Shown piece by piece: positions 9,709-20,134 of a stretch of 64,000 bases of DNA; within the stretch, counting starts at the first letter, position 1, and the number at the start of each line of letters is the position of its first letter. The position numbers and the translations under genes are program-made. This stretch comes from Flavobacteriales bacterium (GTDB lineage Bacteria; Bacteroidota; Bacteroidia; Flavobacteriales_F; PHOS-HE28). Under the pieces are notes generated by a model. That model was not told the DNA's origin. It saw only the letters and a program-made list of their open reading frames with translations, and did not search any database. The stretch spans positions 11,962 to 75,961 of the forward strand of contig JAWKNG010000008.1 of assembly GCA_041391845.1 (NCBI GenBank). The letters are read 5' to 3'.

Positions 9709-11730
9709 TTGGCCATGAGCAAGCTCGACAGTAAGATCCCTCCTGGACCCATTGACAAGAAGTGGACCTACCACAAGGGCCACATGCGCATCGTGGCGCC
9801 TGCCAACAAGCGTCGCATCGACGTGATCGTGGTGGGAACGGGCCTCGCCGGTGCCAGTGCCGCTGCTTCTCTCGCGGAGATGGGCTACAACGTGAAGGCC
9901 TTCTGCTTCCAGGATAGTGCTCGTCGCGCGCACAGCATCGCTGCGCAGGGGGGCATCAACGCCGCCAAGAACTACCAGAACGACGGTGACAGCGTGTACC
10001 GCCTGTTCTACGACACCGTGAAGGGCGGCGACTACCGGGCCAGGGAGGCGAACGTGTATCGGCTGGCGGAAGTGAGCGCCAACATCATCGACCAGTGCGT
10101 GGCGCAGGGGGTGCCCTTCGCCCGCGACTACGGCGGATTGCTGGACAACCGCTCCTTTGGCGGTGTGCAGGTGAGCCGCACCTTCTATGCCCGTGGGCAG
10201 ACCGGCCAGCAGTTGCTGCTCGGCGCCTACAGCGCGCTGATGCGCCAGGTTGGCAAAGGCACCGTGAAGATGTACGACCGCCATGAGATGCTCGATGTGG
10301 TGATCGTGGACGGCAAGGCGCGCGGCATCATCGCCCGCAACCTGATCACCGGCGAGATCGAACGGCATGGCGCCCACGCGGTGCTGCTCTGCACCGGCGG
10401 TTACGGCAACGTGTTCTTCCTGAGCACGAACGCCATGGGCAGCAACGTCACCGCTGCCTGGAAAGCACACAAGCGTGGGGCCTTCTTCGGCAACCCGTGC
10501 TACACGCAGATCCACCCCACCTGCATCCCCGTGAGCGGCACGCACCAGAGCAAGCTCACGTTGATGAGCGAATCGCTGCGGAACGATGGCCGCATCTGGG
10601 TGCCCGCGAAGCTCGAGGATGCCAAGGCCATCCGCGAAGGCAGGAAGAAAGGAAGCGACATCCCAGAGGCGGACCGTGATTATTACCTGGAGCGTCGCTA
10701 TCCGGCCTTCGGCAACCTGGTGCCGCGCGATGTGGCCAGCCGTGCCGCCAAGGAGCGTTGCGATGCCGGTTATGGTGTGAACAAGACCGGCGAGGCCGTG
10801 TACCTCGATTTCAGCGCGGCCATTGAGCGCTATGGAAAGCTGCAGGCCAACGTGCTGAAGATCGAGAACCCCAGCAAGGAGAAGATCACCGAGTTGGGCC
10901 GTGCCGTGGTGAGCGAGAAGTACGGCAACCTCTTCGACATGTACGAGAACATCGTCGGTGAGAACCCCTACGACCACGCCATGAAGATCTACCCGGCCGT
11001 GCACTACACGATGGGCGGGTTGTGGGTGGACTACAACCTGCAGACCACGGTGCCCGGTCTCTTCGCCTTGGGCGAGGCCAATTTCAGCGACCACGGTGCC
11101 AATCGCCTCGGTGCCTCAGCGCTCATGCAGGGCCTGGCCGATGGCTACTTCGTGATCCCCTACACCGTGGGCGACTACCTGGCCGACGACATCCGCACCG
11201 GCCCCATCGACACCAAGCGCGCCGAGTTCGACGCCGCCGAGAAGGAGGTGAAGGACCGCATCGACCACTTCCTGAGCAACAAGGGGACCAAGCCGGTGGA
11301 CGATTTCCACCGCGCGTTGGGCAAGGTGATGTGGGACAAGTGCGGCATGGCCCGCAACGCCGAAGGATTGAAGCAGGCCATCCAGGAAATACGCGCCATC
11401 CGTGAGGATTTCTGGAAGAACGTGCGCGTACCCGGCAAGGCCGATGGTTTCAACCAAGAGCTGGAGAAGGCCGGACGCGTGGCCGATTTCCTGGAGCTGG
11501 GTGAGCTGATGTGCCTCGACGCGCTGGACCGCAATGAGAGCTGTGGCGGACACTTCCGCGAGGAGTATTCCGAAACGGAAGGTCCCCAGCAAGGCGAAGC
11601 CAAGCGCGACGACACCAACTACGCATACGTGGCCGCCTGGGAGTGGCTGGGTGAAGCCGGCAAAGCGCAGTTGCACAAGGAGCCGCTGACCTTCGAGGAA
11701 GTGAAACTGACGCAACGGAGTTACAAGTAG
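9709..11730 (+). CDS. sdhA: succinate dehydrogenase / fumarate reductase flavoprotein subunit
   Basis: 673 aa. FAD-binding N-terminus [14 protein letters not shown], the covalent-FAD His region …[14 protein letters not shown]…, and the characteristic C-terminal capping domain. Confidence 0.92.
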   Translation: MAMSKLDSKIPPGPIDKKWTYHKGHMRIVAPANKRRIDVIVVGTGLAGASAAASLAEMGYNVKAFCFQDSARRAHSIAAQGGINAAKNYQNDGDSVYRLFYDTVKGGDYRAREANVYRLAEVSANIIDQCVAQGVPFARDYGGLLDNRSFGGVQVSRTFYARGQTGQQLLLGAYSALMRQVGKGTVKMYDRHEMLDVVIVDGKARGIIARNLITGEIERHGAHAVLLCTGGYGNVFFLSTNAMGSNVTAAWKAHKRGAFFGNPCYTQIHPTCIPVSGTHQSKLTLMSESLRNDGRIWVPAKLEDAKAIREGRKKGSDIPEADRDYYLERRYPAFGNLVPRDVASRAAKERCDAGYGVNKTGEAVYLDFSAAIERYGKLQANVLKIENPSKEKITELGRAVVSEKYGNLFDMYENIVGENPYDHAMKIYPAVHYTMGGLWVDYNLQTTVPGLFALGEANFSDHGANRLGASALMQGLADGYFVIPYTVGDYLADDIRTGPIDTKRAEFDAAEKEVKDRIDHFLSNKGTKPVDDFHRALGKVMWDKCGMARNAEGLKQAIQEIRAIREDFWKNVRVPGKADGFNQELEKAGRVADFLELGELMCLDALDRNESCGGHFREEYSETEGPQQGEAKRDDTNYAYVAAWEWLGEAGKAQLHKEPLTFEEVKLTQRSYK

Positions 11731-11733
11731 GAA

Positions 11734-11763
11734 GGTGAATGGTCAATGGTGAATGGCGAATGG
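11734..11763. repeat. left arm of a 30-bp inverted repeat flanking the four-helix-bundle gene
   Basis: GGTGAATGGTCAATGGTGAATGGCGAATGG; its reverse complement recurs at 12263-12292 with one mismatch. Confidence 0.9.
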
Positions 11764-11831
11764 AAAATGCAACTCATCAACACCATACACATATGAGCCG
11801 GGAACGACTTGATACCTTCAACGACCTCTGC

Positions 11832-12254
11832 ATGGAGGAGCCGAACGAACCATATGGGTCGATCAGCAGCTACCGTGACCTGGTCATTTGGCAGCACTCC
11901 ATGGACACCACTGAGATGGTGTACGAGTTCGTCGCTCAACTTCCCAGCGAAGAGCGATTCGGACTCGTGAGCCAAATGTGCCGTGCTGCTGTCTCCATGC
12001 CATCCAATATCGCCGAAGGATGGGGCCGTGGCACGAGCGGCGATCGCCAGTTGCTGAGCTACCTACGCATTACCCGTGGTTCGCTGTACGAGCTCGAAAC
12101 ACAGCTTGAACTTTCCCGACGGATCTATCGCAAGCTGAAGCTTGATCCAACGCCTATCGCATCGCGGCTTACTTCGATCGCGCGTATGTTGAACAAGATG
12201 ATCTTCAAGATCGAAGAACGAAACGACCACTTACGCAAGGATCGTGGCCGATGA
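11832..12254 (+). CDS. four-helix-bundle protein of the '23S rRNA intervening sequence protein' family (TIGR02436-like)
   Basis: …YRDLVIWQHSMDTTEMVYEFVAQLPSEERFGLVSQMCRAAVSMPSNIAEGWGRGTSGDRQLLSYLRITRGSLYELETQLELSRRIY… is the family signature. The start is uncertain, with alternatives at 11793 and 11739. It lies in the sdhA-sdhB spacer. Confidence 0.7.
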   Translation: MEEPNEPYGSISSYRDLVIWQHSMDTTEMVYEFVAQLPSEERFGLVSQMCRAAVSMPSNIAEGWGRGTSGDRQLLSYLRITRGSLYELETQLELSRRIYRKLKLDPTPIASRLTSIARMLNKMIFKIEERNDHLRKDRGR

Positions 12255-12262
12255 GCTCATGC

Positions 12263-12292
12263 CCATTCGCCATTCACCATTGACCATTCGCC
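12263..12292. repeat. right arm of the 30-bp inverted repeat
   Basis: CCATTCGCCATTCACCATTGACCATTCGCC; it ends 1 nt before the sdhB ATG. Confidence 0.9.
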
Positions 12293-13042
12293 ATGAAGCT
12301 GACACTTAAGATCTGGCGCCAATCCGGCCCCAACGACAAAGGCAAGATCGTCGACTACTCGGTCAACAACGTCTCGGAGGACATGTCGTTCCTGGAGATG
12401 CTGGACGTGCTGAACGACGACCTGGTGCGCAAAGGCGAGGACCCGATCGCGTTCGACCACGACTGCCGCGAGGGCATCTGCGGATCGTGCAGCCTGTTCA
12501 TCAATGGTGAGGCCCACGGACCAGGCCGCATGATCACCACCTGCCAGTTGCACATGCGCAAGTTCAAGGATGGTGACACCATTCACGTGGAACCTTGGCG
12601 TGCTGAGGCCTTTCCCGTGATCAAGGACCTGGCGGTCAACCGTAGCGCCTTCGACCGCATCCAGGCTGCCGGTGGCTTCGTCACCGTGAACACCAGTGGC
12701 AATCTGGTCGATGGCAATGCGGTGCCGATCCCGAAGGATGACGCAGACAAGGCCTTCGATGCCGCGACCTGCATCGGTTGTGGTGCCTGCGTGGCCACTT
12801 GCGTCAACAGCAGCGCCATGCTCTTCGTGGCCGCCAAGGTGAGCCAGTTCGCCCTGCTGCCACAAGGCAAGCCCGAGGCCAAGCGCCGCGTGCTGGCCAT
12901 GGTGGAGCAAATGGACAAGGAAGGCTTCGGCAACTGCAGCAACACCGGTGCCTGTGAGGTGGAATGCCCCAAGGGGATCAGCCTGGAGCACATCGCCCGC
13001 ATGAACAGGGAATACCTTGCAGCGAGCGTCACGAAGGAGTGA
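12293..13042 (+). CDS. sdhB: succinate dehydrogenase / fumarate reductase iron-sulfur subunit
   Basis: Cys clusters for 2Fe-2S ([10 protein letters not shown]), 4Fe-4S ([11 protein letters not shown]) and 3Fe-4S ([12 protein letters not shown]). Confidence 0.92.
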   Translation: MKLTLKIWRQSGPNDKGKIVDYSVNNVSEDMSFLEMLDVLNDDLVRKGEDPIAFDHDCREGICGSCSLFINGEAHGPGRMITTCQLHMRKFKDGDTIHVEPWRAEAFPVIKDLAVNRSAFDRIQAAGGFVTVNTSGNLVDGNAVPIPKDDADKAFDAATCIGCGACVATCVNSSAMLFVAAKVSQFALLPQGKPEAKRRVLAMVEQMDKEGFGNCSNTGACEVECPKGISLEHIARMNREYLAASVTKE

Positions 13043-13063
13043 CCCGCTCATTACTGGACATGG

Positions 13064-13098
13064 AAAGGCCGTCAGTGACGGCCTTTCTTGTTCTTCGC
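13064..13098 (+). terminator. rho-independent terminator of the sdh operon
   Basis: AAAGGCCGTCA-gtg-ACGGCCTTT hairpin followed by CTTGTTCTT. Confidence 0.75.
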
Positions 13099-13146
13099 CG
13101 GTCGACATGGTACATAGGGACCAGTGTGCGGTTAGTTTCGCGGAGC

Positions 13147-14289
13147 ATGCAACTGTCCTCCAAGCTCCCACACGTCGGCACCACCATCTTCACGGTGATG
13201 AGCAAGCTCGCTCAGGAGTGCGGCGCCATCAACCTCAGCCAGGGCTTTCCGGATTTCCCGATCGACGGGCAGCTCATCGACCTGGTCGATAAGGCTATGC
13301 GTGCCGGGCACAACCAATATGCGCCCATGCCCGGCCTGCCTTCGTTGCGCGAGGCCATCGCGGCCAAGGCGCAGCGGCTTTATGGCTTCAGTTACGACCC
13401 TGAGACGGAGGTGACGGTAACGTCGGGCGGCACGCAGGCCATCTTCACGGCCATCGGTGCGGTCGTTCATCCCGGCGATGAAGTGATCATCATCGATCCG
13501 GCCTATGATTGCTATGCGCCCACGGTGGAACTGTTCGGCGGAAGTCCGGTGCATGTGCGGCTGGGCAATGACATGAAGTTCGATGCGGATGCGGTGAGGG
13601 CGGCGATCACGCCCCGCACGCGCATGCTGATGATCAACACGCCGCACAACCCGGCGGGCACCATCCTGCGCGACGCCGACATGCGCCGCATCACTGACCT
13701 GCTGCGCGGCACCGATATCCTCCTGCTGAGCGACGAGGTGTACGAGCACCTGGTCTTTGATGGACAACCGCACGCCTCTGCGATCAACTACCAAGAACTG
13801 CGCGAACGCGCCTTCGTGATCTTCAGCTTTGGCAAGGTGTTCCACGCGACCGGCTGGAAGATGGGCTATGCCATGGCCCCCAAGGCGCTGATGGCGGAGT
13901 TCCGCAAGGTGCACCAGTTCAATGTGTTCAGTGCGAACACGCCAATGCAGCACGCGCTGGCCGCCTACATGCAGGAGCCCGCACATTACGAGCAGGTGTC
14001 AGCCTTCTACCAGGCCAAACGCGATCGCTTCGCGGTCGGCATGCGCAACTCGCGCTTCAAGCTGTTGCCGTGCGAAGGCTCGTATTTCCAGACGGCCGAC
14101 TACAGCGCCATCAGTAACGAGGGTGACCGTGCCTTTGCCGAGCGCGTTGCGCGGGAGTTCGGCGTGGCCACCATTCCGCTCTCACCGTTCTATCAGGAGC
14201 CGCCGCCGCAACAACGGCTGCTGCGCTTCTGCTTCGCCAAGCAGGACGCTACCTTGGATGCCGCTATAGAGAAGCTATGCAGGATCTAA
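13147..14289 (+). CDS. PLP-dependent aminotransferase class I, methionine aminotransferase (YbdL-like)
   Basis: …INLSQGFPDFP…NQYAPMPG…; the PLP lysine context is …FSFGKVFHATGWKMGY…; start taken at the internal ATG MQLSSKLPHVGTT. Confidence 0.85.
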   Translation: MQLSSKLPHVGTTIFTVMSKLAQECGAINLSQGFPDFPIDGQLIDLVDKAMRAGHNQYAPMPGLPSLREAIAAKAQRLYGFSYDPETEVTVTSGGTQAIFTAIGAVVHPGDEVIIIDPAYDCYAPTVELFGGSPVHVRLGNDMKFDADAVRAAITPRTRMLMINTPHNPAGTILRDADMRRITDLLRGTDILLLSDEVYEHLVFDGQPHASAINYQELRERAFVIFSFGKVFHATGWKMGYAMAPKALMAEFRKVHQFNVFSANTPMQHALAAYMQEPAHYEQVSAFYQAKRDRFAVGMRNSRFKLLPCEGSYFQTADYSAISNEGDRAFAERVAREFGVATIPLSPFYQEPPPQQRLLRFCFAKQDATLDAAIEKLCRI

Positions 14290-15053
14290 GGGTAACATTG
14301 GTGCAGAGCCATCTGCATTGGGAGGATGCGGCTGAGAACCGTGCGCTCTTCGCGACCAAGTTCAAGGAGATCGTTGGTACCACTGACCTTGTGGTGCTTC
14401 CGGAGATGTTCACCACGGGCTTCACCATGCGCAGCCGCGAGCTCGCCGAAGGCATGGACGGTCGCACGGTGGCCTGGATGAAGGAACAGGCCCAAGCGAT
14501 TGATGCAGCGCTCTATGGCAGCGTCATCATTCAAGAGGGTGATCACTATTACAACCGGGGTCTTTTCGTCACGCCCGATGGCACGGTGACGACATACGAC
14601 AAGCGCCACCTGTTCCGCTTCGCGAAGGAGACGGACCATTTTACCCCCGGCACCGAGCGCGTGGTGGTGGAGTGGCTCGGTTGGAGGCTATTGCTCCAGA
14701 TCTGCTTCGATCTGCGGTTCCCGGTGTTCGCGCGCAATCGGGGTGATTACGATGCCATCCTGTATGTGGCCAACTGGCCCGAGGTGCGTCGCTATCCGTG
14801 GAGCCATCTGCTCATCGCACGGGCCATAGAGAACCAGTGCCATGTCATCGGGGTGAACCGTGTGGGCCAGGACGGCAACGGGCATCTCTACTCAGGCGAC
14901 TCGGCCGCGATCGATCCCAGGGGTGAGGTATGCGGCCTTGCACCGGGAGCCGCTGGTATGCTGACCACGGTCTTCGATCGCGCAGCGTTGGAGGACTTCC
15001 GAGCGAAGTTCCCGGTGGCCATGGAAGCCGATGGGTTCACGTTGGATCAGTAA
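14277..15053 (+). CDS. carbon-nitrogen hydrolase family amidohydrolase (omega-amidase, YafV-like)
   Basis: Nitrilase-superfamily catalytic triad context (…VVLPEMF… as the Glu region, …YDKRHLF… as the Lys region, …LLQICFDLRFP… as the Cys region). Overlaps the aminotransferase by 13 bp. Confidence 0.8.
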   Translation: MQDLRVTLVQSHLHWEDAAENRALFATKFKEIVGTTDLVVLPEMFTTGFTMRSRELAEGMDGRTVAWMKEQAQAIDAALYGSVIIQEGDHYYNRGLFVTPDGTVTTYDKRHLFRFAKETDHFTPGTERVVVEWLGWRLLLQICFDLRFPVFARNRGDYDAILYVANWPEVRRYPWSHLLIARAIENQCHVIGVNRVGQDGNGHLYSGDSAAIDPRGEVCGLAPGAAGMLTTVFDRAALEDFRAKFPVAMEADGFTLDQ

Positions 15054-18000
15054 AGCACCTGGATCTGCCCCATCTGGCTCTGCTCGAAGCCTATGGACCC
15101 ATCCTCGTCCGTGTAGAAGCGGTAGGTCATCCGCCACACGTACATGTCGTTCTTCACCACGGTGCCGCGGTAGGTGCCATCCCAGCCCATGTTTAGGTCC
15201 GAGGTCTCGTAGAGCAGTTCACCCCAGCGATCGAACACACGCAGCGTGAAGTCGGCGATGTTCTTACCCACCGGGGTGAAGACATCGTTCAGGCCGTCAC
15301 CGTTCGGAGTGAAGGTGTTGGGGACGAAGATGGTGGCCGGACAGAATTCGATCACCTGGGCTGAATCGCGCACAGTACAGTCATACAGGTTGGTGATCTG
15401 CACGTAGTAGGTGCCGTACGCACCTGCCATGATAACCTGTGAGGTGGCCCCGGTGGACCAGAGGTAGCTGGAGCCAGAATTGCCTGCATCGAGGATCACG
15501 TACTTCGGCTCGTCGTCCAGGCAGGTGTGGAATTCACGGGCGGCGAGCCGTGCTGGCGAGGGGTTGAACTGGACCGTGATGGCATCGGTGCGAACACAAC
15601 CATTGTCCACTGTGACGGAGTACGTGCCACTTGTGGTGACGTTCAGGCGCCTTGTTCGTGCGCCGGTGCTCCATAGGTGCGAGGCTCCAGGATTTCCAGC
15701 ATCGAGCTGCAGCACCTCGCCTTCGCATAGCACCGTATCCGGTCCCAGCTGTACAACAGGCGGTGCGATCAATGTCACTACGACATCATGTGACGCAGTG
15801 CAACCGTTCGGTCCGGTGACCTGTACGCTATAGGTCCCGCTGGTGCTTACGAGTATGGACGGCGTCGTTGCGCCGGTGCTCCAGTTGTAGTTGTTCTGTG
15901 GCCCCCCTGCCAACAGCACGGCGGGTATGTCGCGGCACTGTTGGACATCAACAAGTACATCCTCGGGCAGTGGCAGAAGCTCCACAACGATGGTGTCGCT
16001 CTCCATACATGCGCCATTGCTCACCTGCAGCCAGTAGGTTCCCGCATCGCTCACCTCAATGCTGGGTGTAGTGGCCCCGGTCGACCAGAGGTGGTCCGGC
16101 CCGCTGGCTGCACCACCCAGTACGGTGGATGTGCCGTTGCAAATACTACGGTCGGGGCCAAGGTCCACGGTTGGTGGGTCGCTAAGGGTCACCACCGCAT
16201 CAAAGGTGGCGGAGCAGTTCTGTGGGCCTGTCACCACCACGGAGTAGTTCCCGCTTTCGGAAACGGTGATCGTCTGCGTGGTGGCTCCCGTACTCCAGAG
16301 ATAGCTGGCTCCAGGGTTGCCGGCATCGAGGACGGTCGGTGTGGTGGCGCATTGGATGATATCCTCCAAGGGGTCGACCGGAGCCGAGAGAAGGGTGATG
16401 GACACCGAATCGCGTACCGAGCAACCCTCCGAGCTCGTTGCAGTAACGGCGTAGTCGCCACTTGCAGTGATGGTCACCGCGGGTCCGGTCGCTCCATGGT
16501 CCCATAGGTAGGAAGGACCTTCCGGACCTGCCACCAATGTGAGCTCCGAAATGCCGCATAATTGCTGGTCCGGACCCAGTTCCACGGTCGGCATCGGGTT
16601 CAGCACCAGCACATAGGTGGTGCTCCAGGAGCAACCATCCGCATCGGTCATGGTGACCATGTGCTCACCGGCGCCATCAGGAACGATCTCCGGGGTGGTG
16701 GCGCCAGTGCTCCAGAGGTAGGATCCTGCAGGCGACGGAGCGCTCAGGATCGGTATGTCATTGGCACAGCGAACAAGGCTGGTATCCAATGGAAGTCCTT
16801 CGAACGGTCTGCTCACGAGCACCGAATCGGTCACGGAACAGCCATTGATATCGGTCACGGTAACGATGTAGGTGGCGCTTTCGTCCACCACGATCGAGGG
16901 GTCGGCAATGTCGGACACGTTCAGGTTCGACGCCGGTTGCCAGCTGATGGACGCTTGTGGCACGTTATGTACGACCTGCAATTGGTACCCCAGCGTGGAG
17001 CACAGATGTACATCGATCCCGGCGTTCGCCGTGTGACCGGCGTTCACGGTGATCGTGATGTTGGCCGAGCGCATGCAACCGCTACCGGCCTCGGTCACGG
17101 TACAGGTGTAAGTGCTGGTGGTCGACGGTGTGGCGAAGGTCGTTGCTGCTGTAGGGTCCGTCATGGCAGGCCCGCTCCATGCGTAGGTAAGTCCTGCGCC
17201 TCCGGATGCAAGTGCCGTTAGCTGTACGGTCGAGCCCGGGCAGATGGTCGTCTGGTCCGCAGTGACGGCCAATCCAATGAGCCCGCCCACGGTAACGGTG
17301 ATCTGGTCCATGCTCGTGCAGCCGAACGCGTTCGAGGCCTGCAGTGTATAGGTGGTCGTGGTGGCAGGGGATGCGGTGGGCGCCGGCACATTGGTGGCGC
17401 TGAGCCCAGCATTGGCCGGAGTCCATTGATAGGTGACACCGTTGGTGTCGGAGGAGGTGCTCTGAATGAGGACCGGCAGACCATCACAAATGGTGGTATC
17501 GCCGGGTAATGCGATGGTGAAGGCCGGTTGAACGGTGACCTGCACTGAATCAGTGTAGGTGCAGCCAGCCGTCGGGTCCACTCCATGTAGTACGTACCAT
17601 CCGGTGCTGGCGGGCGTGATGCTGAGACTGGATGCAGTGGTGTTGCCGATACCGGGACCGCTCCAAGAATTCGTCAGCCAGTCGCTGTCCATGCGTGCCA
17701 CGAAGAATTCGTCGAACGCCCAGTTATCCTGGCCTGCACCGGAGTGCGCAAGCTGTCGCAGGCGGAACATGGTGTTCATGGACTGTGCTGCAGGTGGTAT
17801 TTCCTGAACAACAGGAGTGAAATCGGGGAATTGTCCATCCAGGTAGCTGGCCAACAAGGTCCAGTTGAACCCGTTGTTCGTGGAGTATTCAAGGACCACA
17901 TGCTCACCAGCTTCGATGCCGTCACAAGGAGGAAGCTGTTCGGCGAGCTTGAGGTGGAACCGCACCTCTCCTCCGTTCGTTGTGTTGATCCCGATGGTCT

Positions 18001-20050
18001 GGGCGCTACGTTGACCGCTGCCGTCGAAGCGCAACGCGGATCCGCTCTGGGATCCGCAGAGCTGTGAGACCCCACCTCCTTGGATCGCGGTCCATATCGG
18101 GGCAGTTCCCGTGTTGAAGTTATCCATGGCCATGACACGCAGTGCCGATCCACTGAGCATGGTGCTCATGCCTGCGCAGATGACAGGTGCCGTGGCCGAG
18201 ACTCGCAGGTCCAGGACCTGTGCGGGCGTCACCTGCACCAGGATGCTGTCCACCATGTCGCCGCAGCCAGATGGGCTTTGGACGCTTACACGGTACCACG
18301 TATCCTCCTGGGGTGTGGCGATCGGACCGGGAAGGTCGGGGTGGTCAAGGGAGCCCGCAGGTGACCATTGGATATCGAACCAAGCGGTATCAGGCGGTGG
18401 GACCAAGGATAGCTGGACCGGCTCGTATTGACACACGTTGATCGTCGGCTGGTCGTTGGCGGTGAGGAGCGTGGGGATGGTGAGCGGTACACCGACATGG
18501 AAAGTGAACGAGCGTGGGCAGCCGCTTGCTCCGACCTCGCCGGTCACGGTGTAGGAAGCGCTGCCAGTAGGGGTGAGCGTGATGGAGGGGCCGACGCCGA
18601 TCGGCACAGTGGGTGCGTCATTATTGCTCCAAACGGCATTGCTCAAGGGGAAGGGAGCTGAGAGCGTGACGGTACCCCCGCCACAGACAAGGGAATCCTG
18701 CTGGACCGCAGGGATGCCGATGCCGTGCACGGTGGTCGCATAGCTTTCGCCCCAGCCATAGCCGAAAAGATAGGCCTGGAACCCTGCGGATGCCTGAATG
18801 CGGTGCACGCCTGAAGTAACGGTGATGCTGGCGAACGAACGTTCCGCACAATCCGGATAGGGTTGGAACAGCCCGGGGCTGACGGTGGCGCCATCCAGAG
18901 TCAACGTTCCCACGGCGCTGCTGGGCATGACCACCGATAGCCGGAATTGATTCGTTTGGGCGGAGCTTGTCACATGGAAGGAGGCGTTCCGGGAGATGCG
19001 CTCCACGGGAGAAAGGACGACCATCGAGGGGTCTCCAATGGAGGCGCAGGCATAGCCTTCCATGAACTGCGTGACCATGATCGGTCGATCGGCTTCAATG
19101 CAGCGCGGTAAGACACTGCCGGTCACGGTGTGGCTCTGTCCGGCGTTCAGTGAAATGCTCCCCGATCCGCCGATCGATACGACCGTATTATCCTCATGGG
19201 CGAGGATGCGATACGTGGCCGTGTTCACCCCCTGCACTGGCACCGTGTAGTACTTCGTTCCCCAGGTCGGGATCGGAAGGAGCTGGTCGAACACCACATC
19301 GCAGGCTGCGCAGCCCGCAGGCACCGAGCCACATGTTGCGCCACCAATGACCACGAAGGGCCTGCACGGTCCCGATGTTTCCGTGCCTTCCACGAGACTG
19401 CCGGTGAGGTCGCCACTGTCGCTGAGCGCCTTCACTTGGTAAGAGTCGCCCGCATCGAGCTGTATGGTGTAGGGGATGTTCGCTGGCCTGCCATCCATGG
19501 TGGCCACACTGGGCGTGATACTGACCTCTGTACCATCCTCCGTTGCAACGATCAGGAATTCGCTGTGGTGCAGGTTGTTGAAGTTGGGTACACCCGCACT
19601 GGCGGAGACCCTGTATCGCGTACCCAGGGATGGTTCCGGCAGGATCTGGCTCATGTCCTGGGTCCAGTTCTGGAAGCTGCCGATGTGTACATCGACACTA
19701 TCCTGCGTAGTGATGAGGATGCCTTTTTGTTCAAGGACGCCGGAACTGAAGTGCTCGGCGGTCAATGGAATGTCGAGCACAGCGACGGCATTCGGGCCAG
19801 CGGTGAAGGAACTGCTCCAGCCGGTCCCTGGCATGCTGACGGTTCCATTGGTGGCGACCGTTGTCAGGACATGGACCTTCAGACTATTTGCCCCGAAACC
19901 GTTCTGCACGAACCCTGTCCAGAAGCGTTTGCCACGTGTTGCAGGTCCCTGCTGCTGGGCAGCCGCCAGCGATGACAGAAGGATCAGGCAGAGTGAGCCG
20001 AGCGTGCGGCTGATGGAGCAGATGGCAGGAGCGGAAGCAGCGCCGTTCAT
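15047..20050 (-). CDS. giant repeat-rich cell-surface protein with a T9SS type B (gliding-motility-associated) C-terminal sorting domain
   Basis: 1667 aa with an N-terminal signal peptide. At least seven ~70-aa repeats carry a conserved (S/N)YLWSTGATT motif. The C-terminus …FVPNTFTPNGDGLNDVFTPVG…WDGTYRG… is the hallmark of the TIGR04131-type CTD. Confidence 0.8.
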   Translation of the reverse strand: MNGAASAPAICSISRTLGSLCLILLSSLAAAQQQGPATRGKRFWTGFVQNGFGANSLKVHVLTTVATNGTVSMPGTGWSSSFTAGPNAVAVLDIPLTAEHFSSGVLEQKGILITTQDSVDVHIGSFQNWTQDMSQILPEPSLGTRYRVSASAGVPNFNNLHHSEFLIVATEDGTEVSITPSVATMDGRPANIPYTIQLDAGDSYQVKALSDSGDLTGSLVEGTETSGPCRPFVVIGGATCGSVPAGCAACDVVFDQLLPIPTWGTKYYTVPVQGVNTATYRILAHEDNTVVSIGGSGSISLNAGQSHTVTGSVLPRCIEADRPIMVTQFMEGYACASIGDPSMVVLSPVERISRNASFHVTSSAQTNQFRLSVVMPSSAVGTLTLDGATVSPGLFQPYPDCAERSFASITVTSGVHRIQASAGFQAYLFGYGWGESYATTVHGIGIPAVQQDSLVCGGGTVTLSAPFPLSNAVWSNNDAPTVPIGVGPSITLTPTGSASYTVTGEVGASGCPRSFTFHVGVPLTIPTLLTANDQPTINVCQYEPVQLSLVPPPDTAWFDIQWSPAGSLDHPDLPGPIATPQEDTWYRVSVQSPSGCGDMVDSILVQVTPAQVLDLRVSATAPVICAGMSTMLSGSALRVMAMDNFNTGTAPIWTAIQGGGVSQLCGSQSGSALRFDGSGQRSAQTIGINTTNGGEVRFHLKLAEQLPPCDGIEAGEHVVLEYSTNNGFNWTLLASYLDGQFPDFTPVVQEIPPAAQSMNTMFRLRQLAHSGAGQDNWAFDEFFVARMDSDWLTNSWSGPGIGNTTASSLSITPASTGWYVLHGVDPTAGCTYTDSVQVTVQPAFTIALPGDTTICDGLPVLIQSTSSDTNGVTYQWTPANAGLSATNVPAPTASPATTTTYTLQASNAFGCTSMDQITVTVGGLIGLAVTADQTTICPGSTVQLTALASGGAGLTYAWSGPAMTDPTAATTFATPSTTSTYTCTVTEAGSGCMRSANITITVNAGHTANAGIDVHLCSTLGYQLQVVHNVPQASISWQPASNLNVSDIADPSIVVDESATYIVTVTDINGCSVTDSVLVSRPFEGLPLDTSLVRCANDIPILSAPSPAGSYLWSTGATTPEIVPDGAGEHMVTMTDADGCSWSTTYVLVLNPMPTVELGPDQQLCGISELTLVAGPEGPSYLWDHGATGPAVTITASGDYAVTATSSEGCSVRDSVSITLLSAPVDPLEDIIQCATTPTVLDAGNPGASYLWSTGATTQTITVSESGNYSVVVTGPQNCSATFDAVVTLSDPPTVDLGPDRSICNGTSTVLGGAASGPDHLWSTGATTPSIEVSDAGTYWLQVSNGACMESDTIVVELLPLPEDVLVDVQQCRDIPAVLLAGGPQNNYNWSTGATTPSILVSTSGTYSVQVTGPNGCTASHDVVVTLIAPPVVQLGPDTVLCEGEVLQLDAGNPGASHLWSTGARTRRLNVTTSGTYSVTVDNGCVRTDAITVQFNPSPARLAAREFHTCLDDEPKYVILDAGNSGSSYLWSTGATSQVIMAGAYGTYYVQITNLYDCTVRDSAQVIEFCPATIFVPNTFTPNGDGLNDVFTPVGKNIADFTLRVFDRWGELLYETSDLNMGWDGTYRGTVVKNDMYVWRMTYRFYTDEDGSIGFEQSQMGQIQVLY

Positions 20051-20134
20051 GGAGGTCGACCGACCGCCACAAGGGCGATCGTCGGCCGTTGTACGCCATC
20101 GATGGGCTCAGGGTTATGCCTGACGGAGGTGTGT

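Noticed and set aside
9046-11094. 682-aa ORF antisense to sdhA; similar long antisense ORFs at 6683-8101, 30483-32906, 42502-44832, 53447-54844, 54961-57198, 52533-53402 and 13132-13986
   Set aside because: High-GC DNA depletes stop codons on the strand opposite real genes. Their translations are low-complexity (Ala/Arg/Gly/His-rich) with no domain signatures, and each overlaps a well-supported gene.
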